This document shows positions 1 through 7,715 of a stretch of 64,000 nt of DNA, in pieces. A model generated the notes under the pieces. It was not told the DNA's origin. It saw nothing but the letters and a program-made list of their open reading frames with translations, and did not search any database. The stretch comes from an uncultured Cytophagales bacterium (GTDB lineage Bacteria > Bacteroidota > Bacteroidia > Cytophagales > Cyclobacteriaceae), in NCBI GenBank assembly GCA_964514385.1, contig CAZEQJ010000011.1, positions 14,295 to 78,294 on the forward strand, read 5' to 3'. Both the position numbers and the translations under genes were made by a program. The first letter of the stretch is position 1. Each line of letters starts with the position of its first letter.

Positions 1-91
1 CGAGGCCGAGGTCAGAGCCAGAGGCATCACAGCAGATTCATTTATTGAGATAAAGGAGAGCCTTGAAAATCAGCTGCTATCGGCATTTACA

Positions 92-478
92 TTGGAGATG
101 CTGAAGGTGAATGCCGGTATTCGCTTTGTTCATTTTCTAGTGGATAGCAGCATTATTTTTCTATTGTATTTCGTGGTGCTTGCCTTTTTGCCCGAGCGTT
201 GGTTTCAGGATAGCGGGGCCGGTAATTTTAATCAGTCTATGAGCTTTATAACACTCTATGTGCTTTACTATGGCGGTATGGAGGTGATTTTTAAGAAGAC
301 AGCAGGCAAATTCCTTACCGGTACTAAAGTTGTAACATCCGACGGATCAGATCCGGGCATCATACACATTATCAGCCGCACATTTTCCCGTTTAATACCA
401 TTTGATCAGCTATCCTTCCTTTTTACCCGGAATGGCATCCACGATTTGGTTTCTCGTACCATTGTCATCAGAATATAA
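92..478 (+). CDS. RDD-family membrane protein. The frame stays open to window position 2, so the true N-terminus may lie upstream.
   Basis: Has the RDD-like pattern AGIRFVHFLVDSSII followed by hydrophobic helices. The same frame reads EAEVRARGITADSF... with no stop from position 2. Confidence 0.5.
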   Translation: MEMLKVNAGIRFVHFLVDSSIIFLLYFVVLAFLPERWFQDSGAGNFNQSMSFITLYVLYYGGMEVIFKKTAGKFLTGTKVVTSDGSDPGIIHIISRTFSRLIPFDQLSFLFTRNGIHDLVSRTIVIRI

Positions 479-545
479 AAAAAGCCCGGCCGGCATCTAC
501 GCCAACCGAGCTCCTAACCACCAACCATATGTATTCACACTCAAC

Positions 546-1093
546 CTAATGCCATGTTATTAAATATTCATCATGAGTAGCTCCAAGCTCAACTTCCTTC
601 ACATAGTCGACCTTTACACCTGACACGCCTGTTTTTCTAACAATTCCATCCAGGAGTCCTAACTGAAGTTTACTATTGAAATCCTGTGTTCTTTTCATGA
701 TGATGGATTTATCTTTTATTTCCAGGATCTCCCATCCTTTCTTTTCAGGGTCCTGGATCATTTCATTTGCAACAACTACTAGTGCCTTTAGTACATCTGA
801 AGGTTTGGATGAGCTATTCACCATATTATTAGCTTTCATAGCCTCGAATGCTGTCTCACCAATTTTTCTACCTGCTTTTATGAGGTTGAATTTACCCAGG
901 TTTTTTCCAGCCAGTCACACATCTCATTGTATATCGCGAAATCCACTTTATTGAATGGATCAGAAAGATCGGCCTTGCTGGCAATATCGAAAAGAGGTTT
1001 ATACTCGTCTTTTTTATCTTGATATATATTTAATATATCATGAAGGAAAACTGCAAAAAGCGTTACTTTGGGTTTGTCTGCTAACAAGGTCAT
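546..1093 (-). pseudogene. One gene split by a frameshift in an A6 run, giving ORFs 878..1093 and 546..839. Product is an unknown small ligand-binding-like protein.
   Basis: The downstream frame is open upstream of its ATG (LAGKNLGKFNLIKAGRKIGETAFEAMKAN...) back to within the upstream ORF. The two frames meet at ctgGAAAAAAcc (plus-strand T6 at 901-906). Adding one A, or a -1 slip, gives a continuous protein of about 175 aa. Confidence 0.5.
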
Positions 1094-1257
1094 AATGTTT
1101 TCGTTTGTTATTCAATGGTTCAAAGGTAGGCGCTGTTTATTTTAATCAGTGCCGCATTGACTGCATTATATTACATGGTTTATATTTACATCAATATTTA
1201 ACTAATCGCTGCAGAACCATTTCCTTTTCCGGGCGGTTGTTGTAAAAAACATATGTT

Positions 1258-1704
1258 ATGGCCAAAGCTTCACCACAATTAATAGCATCAATTCGAAATG
1301 CGGCAAAGAAGATAGCTGCTTCCGCCAAATATCAATGGGGCCATATGGGCAGCTGCAACTGTGGTTTTCTGGCGCAGGAAATCACCTCCCTTACAAAAGG
1401 GCAAATACATGCCTATGCCATGGAAAAGCATGGTGACTGGACCGATCAGGTCAGCGACTTCTGCCCTACTTCAGGACTTCCTTTTGACCTGCTGATATCG
1501 GAATTGCTCAAAGCCGGTCTGAGCCTGGAAGACCTCAAAAACCTCGAAAAACTGAAAGATCCTGACGTACTTAGGAATATGCCGGAGGCTTTCAGGTATC
1601 CCTCGCATAATAACAAAAAGCACGTGGTTTCCTACATGCTCACATGGGCTGACCTGCTGGAAAAACGATTGCCTGTGGAAGAAAATATCAAAGTAAACGC
1701 TTGA
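1258..1704 (+). CDS. hypothetical protein with a GSCNCGF motif
   Basis: Clean 148-aa ORF in an otherwise non-coding gap, with no competing frame. I do not recognise the family. Confidence 0.55.
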   Translation: MAKASPQLIASIRNAAKKIAASAKYQWGHMGSCNCGFLAQEITSLTKGQIHAYAMEKHGDWTDQVSDFCPTSGLPFDLLISELLKAGLSLEDLKNLEKLKDPDVLRNMPEAFRYPSHNNKKHVVSYMLTWADLLEKRLPVEENIKVNA

Positions 1705-1943
1705 AAACCGGAGCGATTGTTCATCAATACTTCAAAAAGGTATTCGAAGACGGCACCGTTTTGGTGAAGGTAAACCCCATTCACTTTACAGGAGAGGAAA
1801 TATTCATTCCTTCAGGAGGCGAACCACCTGTTATTCAGAAGAATATGACATTTGATGAGGAGATATTCGACGACCTCAGCCATGATGGTTTTCTGGAAAG
1901 CAGCGCACTTGAATTTCAACTGGTGGCCAAAGGTCTCGCCTGA
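1701..1943 (+). CDS. hypothetical small protein, coupled to the upstream ORF
   Basis: TTG start overlaps the upstream TGA (TTGA at 1701-1704). The 80-aa ORF fills the gap up to the dcd stop. Confidence 0.4.
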   Translation: MKTGAIVHQYFKKVFEDGTVLVKVNPIHFTGEEIFIPSGGEPPVIQKNMTFDEEIFDDLSHDGFLESSALEFQLVAKGLA

Positions 1944-2462
1944 TCATTCAAAATCCTTATACAGCATGCTGGGCTGTATACCTTTATTATGCTGATATTT
2001 ATTTGATTTATAAAGCTCATATGCCCCATCTATACTATGAAAATAGATCTGGCATATTTCAATGTCAGGATAAATACGGATGGGATGTATGCAGAACATC
2101 TCCAACGTCCAGTAACCTGAAAAACCGACGTCACCAAAACCTGCGGTTACATGCACAAATAGCCCAAGCCGCCCGATAGAACTGCGGCCTTCCAGCATAG
2201 GAACATAAGCGGAACTGGTGGTATGCTCCACAGTGCGTCCTAGATATAACCGGTTAGGCTCCATGACCAGTCCATTTTCCGGTATGGTCAACGGAGATGC
2301 TGAATTGGGCTTTTTCATATCCAGCGGGAATGTATCATAGACCAGCATATCGTCAGAAAGCCTGAGGTTATAACTGTTAGGGTTAAGTTGCTTTTCATTC
2401 CATGGATCGATGTGAATGGTTTTACCCAATTGTGCTTTGATCTCCTTACCCGATAATATCAC
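1944..2462 (-). CDS. dcd: dCTP deaminase
   Basis: MILSGKEI...NPNSYNLRL and EGRSSIGRLGLFVHVTAGFGDVGFSGYWTLE are characteristic of the Dcd/dUTPase-fold family. Confidence 0.9.
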   Translation of the reverse strand: MILSGKEIKAQLGKTIHIDPWNEKQLNPNSYNLRLSDDMLVYDTFPLDMKKPNSASPLTIPENGLVMEPNRLYLGRTVEHTTSSAYVPMLEGRSSIGRLGLFVHVTAGFGDVGFSGYWTLEMFCIHPIRIYPDIEICQIYFHSIDGAYELYKSNKYQHNKGIQPSMLYKDFE

Positions 2463-2590
2463 GTCATATTCATTTTAGGAATGCAAAATTAATTTTCGCA
2501 GGATATTTAGCACGTGATTTTCGAAAATTGTTGTTAATGAACTACTTAATCGCAAATTTTGTCCTTTGATTAAGCTTATCAGAATACTGC

Positions 2591-3028
2591 ATGAAGGGCA
2601 ACTTAGATGAAATCAAAGGTATATTTACTGAATTTCTGGAAGATAAAAATCTGAGAAAAACACCGGAAAGATTTGCGATATTAGAAGAAATATATGCAAA
2701 TCCCGGCCATTTTGACGTGGAGTCGCTTTACCTGAATATGAAAAATAAAAACTACAGGGTAAGTCGTGCTACCGTATACAACACTCTCGACCTGCTGCTG
2801 GAATGTGACCTTGTCACAAAACATCAGTTTGGTAAAAATCTCTCGCTGTACGAGGCCAGTCATGGATATAAGCAGCACGATCACCTGATCGACCTTAACA
2901 CAAATGAGATCTTTGAATTTTGCGATCCCCGCATACAGACCATACAAAAACTGGTGGAAGACACCTTCGAATATGAGGTTATCAGCCATACCCTGTATTT
3001 CTACGGGCGAAAGAAACAAAAAGAATAG
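2591..3028 (+). CDS. Fur-family transcriptional regulator
   Basis: Winged-helix [14 protein letters not shown] and an HDHLID metal-site motif; the size (145 aa) fits the family. Confidence 0.85.
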   Translation: MKGNLDEIKGIFTEFLEDKNLRKTPERFAILEEIYANPGHFDVESLYLNMKNKNYRVSRATVYNTLDLLLECDLVTKHQFGKNLSLYEASHGYKQHDHLIDLNTNEIFEFCDPRIQTIQKLVEDTFEYEVISHTLYFYGRKKQKE

Positions 3029-3059
3029 CATGTCGTTTCTTTCTTTAGAATAAAGACCT

Positions 3060-3067
3060 TAATTTTG
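3060..3067 (+). promoter_or_regulatory. Bacteroidota -7 promoter box (TAnnTTTG) for the SRP RNA
   Basis: TAATTTTG sits 5-6 nt upstream of the first base of the closing helix of the SRP RNA. Confidence 0.5.
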
Positions 3068-3072
3068 GCATT

Positions 3073-3160
3073 GCAAACTGGTACGACCAGCTCCTGCTGA
3101 ATCCCCCAGGTCCGGAAGGAAGCAAGGGTAGGCGGTTGTAGCGGTGCGATATCAGTTTGC
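3073..3160 (+). ncRNA. ffs: signal recognition particle RNA (small/4.5S type)
   Basis: Contains the conserved helix-8 core CCAGGTCCGGAAGGAAGCA with a GGAA tetraloop. A terminal helix pairs GCAAACTG (3073-3080) with CAGTTTGC (3153-3160), followed by TTTTTTATT. Confidence 0.85.
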
Positions 3161-3195
3161 TTTTTTATTGTAATCAAATCCAAACCTAATAAATC

Positions 3196-3852
3196 ATGCA
3201 GTTTTTCATTGACACAGCTAACCTTGATGAGATCAGGGAAGCTCATGCCCTGGGTATTCTTGATGGTGTGACAACAAATCCTTCGCTCATGGCGAAAGAG
3301 GGTATAACAGGCCATGACAATATCATAAAACATTATAAAGACATTTGTGATATTGTAGATGATAATGTGAGCGCCGAGGTTATCGCAACCGATTATGACA
3401 ATATTATTAAGGAAGGACGTGAACTTGCCAAAATAGACGACAAAATCGTCGTAAAAGTGCCTATGATCCGCGATGGTGTAAAGGCCATCAACACGTTTTA
3501 CTCTGAAGGAATACGCACAAACTGCACCCTTGTATTTTCACCTGGTCAGGCGATACTTGCTGCTAAGGCGGGTGCCAGCTATGTAAGCCCGTTCATGGGC
3601 CGCCTGGACGATATCGGCCATGATGGTATAGAGCTGATAGACCAGATTGTGAATATTTATGACAATTTCGGTTTTGAAACTGAGGTGCTGGCTGCGTCTG
3701 TACGGCATGTAAATCACCTGATTCGTTGTGCTGAAGTAGGCGCAGATGTGGTCACATGTCCGTTAAATGTCATAACCGGACTGCTTAAGCATCCACTTAC
3801 GGATATAGGATTAGAAAAATTCCTGTCTGACTACAAAAAAGGTAATTCATAA
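3196..3852 (+). CDS. fsa: fructose-6-phosphate aldolase / transaldolase-like (TalC/Fsa type)
   Basis: MQFFIDTANLDEIREA...GVTTNPSL and the Schiff-base lysine context IVVKVPM; 218 aa. Confidence 0.9.
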   Translation: MQFFIDTANLDEIREAHALGILDGVTTNPSLMAKEGITGHDNIIKHYKDICDIVDDNVSAEVIATDYDNIIKEGRELAKIDDKIVVKVPMIRDGVKAINTFYSEGIRTNCTLVFSPGQAILAAKAGASYVSPFMGRLDDIGHDGIELIDQIVNIYDNFGFETEVLAASVRHVNHLIRCAEVGADVVTCPLNVITGLLKHPLTDIGLEKFLSDYKKGNS

Positions 3853-3861
3853 AATAGTAAT

Positions 3862-3888
3862 ATGCGGTCGCTATTGACCGCATTTTTT
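3862..3888 (+). terminator. rho-independent terminator of fsa
   Basis: Stem ATGCGGTC, loop GCTATT, stem GACCGCAT, followed by TTTTTT. Confidence 0.7.
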
Positions 3889-4098
3889 ATGTTTATACTA
3901 AAAGTAAAAGGAAAGAAGAAAATTCCGGATTACATCCAGCTCCGTGACGACAACTATGTGCTGGTAGCTTATTTCAGCTACCGGCAGGAGCGACCATTTA
4001 AAAATCTGGAAAAATATGGCCTTGAAGGTAAGGACGATGAATTCCGTATCTTCGTTGAGCAAATGCCATATGGCAAACTAATGAAACTGGAACTGTAG
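3889..4098 (+). CDS. hypothetical small protein upstream of ftsE; start moved to the ATG after the terminator
   Basis: The first 9 codons of the track ORF 3862..4098 are the fsa terminator hairpin. The next ATG at 3889 gives 69 aa, and the stop TAG overlaps the ftsE GTG by 1 nt. Confidence 0.4.
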   Translation: MFILKVKGKKKIPDYIQLRDDNYVLVAYFSYRQERPFKNLEKYGLEGKDDEFRIFVEQMPYGKLMKLEL

Positions 4099-4805
4099 TG
4101 TTTTCCTCAGAACCCATCGTAGAGATACGTGATGCCCATATATTTCAGGAGCATCACGTTGTACTACAGGATATCAACCTTGATATCCATAAGGGTGAGT
4201 TTGTGTTTCTGATTGGCAGGACAGGATCAGGCAAGTCCAGCCTGATGAAAACGCTATATGCTGACCTCCCGCTGCGGGTAGGCCATGTCAATATTACGGG
4301 ATTTGAATTACATAAAATAAAGGACAGGGAAGTGCCCTACCTGCGTCGTAAACTTGGCATAATATTTCAGGATTTTCAGCTTTTCCCGGACCGCACCGTA
4401 GCTGAAAATATTAACTTCGTCATGCGTGCTACCGGCTGGAAGGATAAGGCCAAAATGAAGGCCAAGCTGGTAGAAGTGTTGATGCGCGTAGGACTCGGCT
4501 CAGTGGCGGGTAAGTTTCCGCATCAACTCTCCGGTGGTGAACAACAACGCGTTGTGATAGCCAGGTCACTCGTGAATGACCCCGTGTTGCTGCTGGCGGA
4601 TGAGCCTACCGGAAACCTCGATCCTGATGTAAGCGAAGGTATTTTTAAAGTATTTCGTGAAATCAATAATGGTGGCACTGCAGTACTGATGGCAACGCAT
4701 GATTATCATTTCCTGGAAAAGAACGACTACCGTGTACTTAAATGTGATCAGACAAAGATCCTGGATTCGGCGAAAGAGCGTTTCGAATATGGAAATAAAT
4801 ATTAA
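4098..4805 (+). CDS. ftsE: cell-division ABC ATPase FtsE
   Basis: Walker A GRTGSGKSS, signature LSGGEQQR, Walker B LLLADEPTGNLD. Size and sequence are FtsE-like. No ftsX is adjacent. Confidence 0.8.
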   Translation: MFSSEPIVEIRDAHIFQEHHVVLQDINLDIHKGEFVFLIGRTGSGKSSLMKTLYADLPLRVGHVNITGFELHKIKDREVPYLRRKLGIIFQDFQLFPDRTVAENINFVMRATGWKDKAKMKAKLVEVLMRVGLGSVAGKFPHQLSGGEQQRVVIARSLVNDPVLLLADEPTGNLDPDVSEGIFKVFREINNGGTAVLMATHDYHFLEKNDYRVLKCDQTKILDSAKERFEYGNKY

Positions 4806-4808
4806 AAA

Positions 4809-4827
4809 AGGCAGCTAAAAGCTGCCT
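4809..4827. terminator. hairpin between convergent ftsE and the DUF4097-like gene
   Basis: Stem AGGCAGCT, loop AAA, stem AGCTGCCT. An A-run on the plus side gives a T-run for the minus-strand transcript. Confidence 0.55.
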
Positions 4828-4857
4828 CTACTGAAATACCATGGCCTTGTATTTATC

Positions 4858-5916
4858 CTATCGGGAGTTTTTAATTTTAAGACCCCCAAACCGTGAACTG
4901 AGAATAACACGGCCATTCCCTGCTGCCACCGTACGTCCTGTATATTCTTTGCTATTGCTTTCTTCCTTTATGCTTGCAAAGTTAAAATCATCTTCATCGT
5001 AGCTGAAGCCACCATATCCAACCTCCAGATCTATTTCATATCCTGCATCTTCCTCGAAATACAGGTCAACATTGGTATATTTTGCCTCAATGTCAATTAA
5101 TTTAAAGCCCTTGCGTATTTTTTTGATTTCAAAACCGGAAGAAAAAGCCAGCTCCAGCTCAGCAGCATCCGTCACCTCTCCTATTTCTACTCCACTGTAG
5201 CTTATTTCTCCTTCAATACGCGATACTTCACCAATTTCAAGGCCACCAAAGCCGCAATCAATTTCTACATCGCTTGCTGACTCGATCTCAAGCTTGGAGT
5301 ATTTAGCGGTTATCTCCAGTTCATTGGCATTGCCAACGGCGAAAAAGCCACTGGCAAAAGATATATTGAGTTCAGCATTATTTACATCTCCTATCTGGCC
5401 GCCACCATAGGATTGTTTGATCTCAACATTTTCATGTGCGAGATCTCCTACCTGCATTTTACCAAAACTCTGGTCTATCTCCAGTGGCCCGTCATAGTCG
5501 CTGAGCACCAGCTCACCAAACTTGAGTTTTATTTCAAGGGGGTTCTTTGCCGGCATTTTTATAGTATAGTCAATATGAAACTCCCCGCCATCCATATTCC
5601 TGCCGATGTTGGTGATAAAAGAAATATCGCCGTTGGACGGATCATCGTCGATTTCAATACTTATGGCCTCCATAAGCTCGGAACGTTTGCGCTCCGAACG
5701 ATGATCTACCTCGATTTCGATCACAATATCAAATTCATTTTTATCCCAGGTTGATATATTTACCTGACCGAATTTATTGCTGATCAATACCTCAGTCGAT
5801 TCCTTGATTTTAATATTGCGTGTAACCTCGCGAGTCTCCTGCGGCCCTGTTGATGTAGCTGCCCTAAGGTAAATGGGCGCTACTAAAATGCTAAATATTA
5901 ATGCTATAGTCTTCAT
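4858..5916 (-). CDS. secreted beta-strand-repeat protein (DUF4097 / putative adhesin-like)
   Basis: Signal peptide MKTIALIFSILVAPIYLRA. Degenerate repeats (GDV..AEL.ISFASG, G.V...E.E.SYSG). Third gene of a sigma/anti-sigma operon. Confidence 0.65.
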   Translation of the reverse strand: MKTIALIFSILVAPIYLRAATSTGPQETREVTRNIKIKESTEVLISNKFGQVNISTWDKNEFDIVIEIEVDHRSERKRSELMEAISIEIDDDPSNGDISFITNIGRNMDGGEFHIDYTIKMPAKNPLEIKLKFGELVLSDYDGPLEIDQSFGKMQVGDLAHENVEIKQSYGGGQIGDVNNAELNISFASGFFAVGNANELEITAKYSKLEIESASDVEIDCGFGGLEIGEVSRIEGEISYSGVEIGEVTDAAELELAFSSGFEIKKIRKGFKLIDIEAKYTNVDLYFEEDAGYEIDLEVGYGGFSYDEDDFNFASIKEESNSKEYTGRTVAAGNGRVILSSRFGGLKIKNSR

Positions 5917-6403
5917 TATTATCCTGATTAATACCTTTTAATAATTCAATCTGTTCTTCCAGTATGTCTTTGCGCAGCTGAAGGTTGTAGATCATGGCAT
6001 TCCGCAACTCTTCATTACCTGAGCTCAGGTATTCCTTCTTAAGTGCACCATAGGCAGAGTCGAGTATTTCCATTTCCGATACAAGCTCATTCTCATCCTG
6101 TACATCGAATTCAACAAGTGTCTCCTGATAGTTGCGGATATTGGACAGATAGAAATATTCCATCTGCCTGAACTCCTCGTCCAGGGAGGCTACACCTGCC
6201 GTCTGGCTGTTAAGCTGCATGATATAAGCAAACAGTCCGATGGTTGTGGCCAGAAATATAGCCGCAGCTGCTTTCCATATCAGCATAGGTTGTCTTCTTT
6301 TGCCGGGCAGGTGGCTTTCTATAGCTGACCACGTATCGCTGGCTGGCGATTTATCGTCAAACGCCTGCCTGTTATTCTGAATAAACTTCTCCAGCTCGTC
6401 CAT
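5891..6403 (-). CDS. anti-sigma factor (single-pass membrane protein)
   Basis: Lies immediately downstream of, and overlaps, the ECF sigma gene. Has one TM helix (LIWKAAAAIFLATTIGLFAYI). Confidence 0.6.
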   Translation of the reverse strand: MDELEKFIQNNRQAFDDKSPASDTWSAIESHLPGKRRQPMLIWKAAAAIFLATTIGLFAYIMQLNSQTAGVASLDEEFRQMEYFYLSNIRNYQETLVEFDVQDENELVSEMEILDSAYGALKKEYLSSGNEELRNAMIYNLQLRKDILEEQIELLKGINQDNNEDYSINI

Positions 6404-6932
6404 CTAAAAGAATGTTTTTAAGTCTCTGTTTACCTCTCACATACTGTGTTTTACTTGTACTCACAGAAATATTAAGTATTTCCGCTATCTCCTGATGGTC
6501 ATACCCTTCGAAAAGGTATAAACTCAGCACCGTTCGAAAGCCGGAGGGGAGCTTTTCCATGGCTGATCTGATGTTTTCAACAGAATAAGCCGGCTCCTCG
6601 TATGTGCTTTCTGGCATGTCGTCGGATAGTAAGGATGGGGATTCTTCCGGTACAAATTTTGACTCGGTTTTTACCTTATTCAAGGCAGCGTTTATCACGA
6701 TACGCTTGAGCCATGCACCGAAGGTGGCATCACCTTTAAAGGTATTGATCTTATTGAACGCACTGATAAATGCTTCCTGCATAGCGTCCTGCGCATCATC
6801 ATACGAATTGGTGATACGGAATGCAGTGTTGAACATGGCCCGTGAATAGCGCGAGTAGAGCTCATACTGCGCCTTACGGTTGTGTTCCTTACATTTATTT
6901 ATCAGCTCTTCCTGCAGATCAATGGAAACCAC
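6372..6932 (-). CDS. ECF-type RNA polymerase sigma-70 factor
   Basis: Region 2 DAQDAMQEAFISAF...FGAWLKRIVINAA and region 4 HTH HQEIAEILNISVSTSKTQYVRGKQRLK. Confidence 0.9.
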   Translation of the reverse strand: MVSIDLQEELINKCKEHNRKAQYELYSRYSRAMFNTAFRITNSYDDAQDAMQEAFISAFNKINTFKGDATFGAWLKRIVINAALNKVKTESKFVPEESPSLLSDDMPESTYEEPAYSVENIRSAMEKLPSGFRTVLSLYLFEGYDHQEIAEILNISVSTSKTQYVRGKQRLKNILLDGRAGEVYSE

Positions 6933-6992
6933 TTCATCTTTACATTATCCGCGACAAAGACAAGTGGGGATCTGCAAGGGTTGCATGGAGGG

Positions 6993-7715
6993 TTATAATT
7001 TCTCCATATTATTTTTGGCCAGTTCAAACTCCGGATTGATGACCAGTGCCTTTTCGAAATTATCACGTGCAGCTTCCTTGTCGTTCATCTGCATTTTCAC
7101 CAGCCCAAGCAGATTAAACAGACTGGCCTGCATACTTACCTGCTGACGCTGGTTGTTTGAAGCTGCATGGTATACATCTATTTCAGCTGTAGAATCATTT
7201 TCCAATAGTATATTGATATTGGTTGTGCACTCAGCATATCGCCCAAGCTCATATTGCAAAAATGACACTTTATATAAGGTAAATGGATCATCATTCAGCA
7301 GATAGAGCTCTTCATAGTTTTCAAGCGCTTTTGCCTTTAATCCAAGATTATCATAAGAAAGACCGGCAATTTCAAGTGCAAGCTGATCTTCCGGGCTTGC
7401 CTGGATGACATCGTTTGCCACAAGGACAGCTTTGGCATATTGGCGGTCCTGGAAGTAGATTAATGCGAGCGAGTCATACAATGGAAGATTGTTGGGTACG
7501 ATCGCAAGGATATTGTAGATAGCATTTACCGCCATTGCATTATCACCATATCTTCGCGCCCTGTTGTAGATATTATTTTGTATCTGCAATACATTGTCTA
7601 CCGTGATGGAAGGGGATTGCTGGGCTTCTGCCTGTCCATCGCCACTTTGGACTTCCTGGGCCACGGCAGTGAGTATACTGAATATGATGGTAATAAGTAG
7701 TAAAGACTTTTTCAT
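6993..7715 (-). CDS. secreted TPR-repeat protein
   Basis: Signal peptide plus repeated A..Y..AL...P-type TPR helices. ATGA overlap with the cca stop. Confidence 0.7.
   Translation of the reverse strand: MKKSLLLITIIFSILTAVAQEVQSGDGQAEAQQSPSITVDNVLQIQNNIYNRARRYGDNAMAVNAIYNILAIVPNNLPLYDSLALIYFQDRQYAKAVLVANDVIQASPEDQLALEIAGLSYDNLGLKAKALENYEELYLLNDDPFTLYKVSFLQYELGRYAECTTNINILLENDSTAEIDVYHAASNNQRQQVSMQASLFNLLGLVKMQMNDKEAARDNFEKALVINPEFELAKNNMEKL

Noticed and set aside
484-494. GC-rich palindrome GCCCGGCCGGC after the RDD gene as a terminator
   Set aside because: It is a perfect palindrome with no loop and no T-run, so it is not a convincing intrinsic terminator.
3001-3333. 110-aa minus-strand ORF spanning the Fur-fsa gap
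   Set aside because: It runs antisense across the recognisable SRP RNA and the 5' end of fsa. Its sequence is low-complexity with no start context, so it is spurious.
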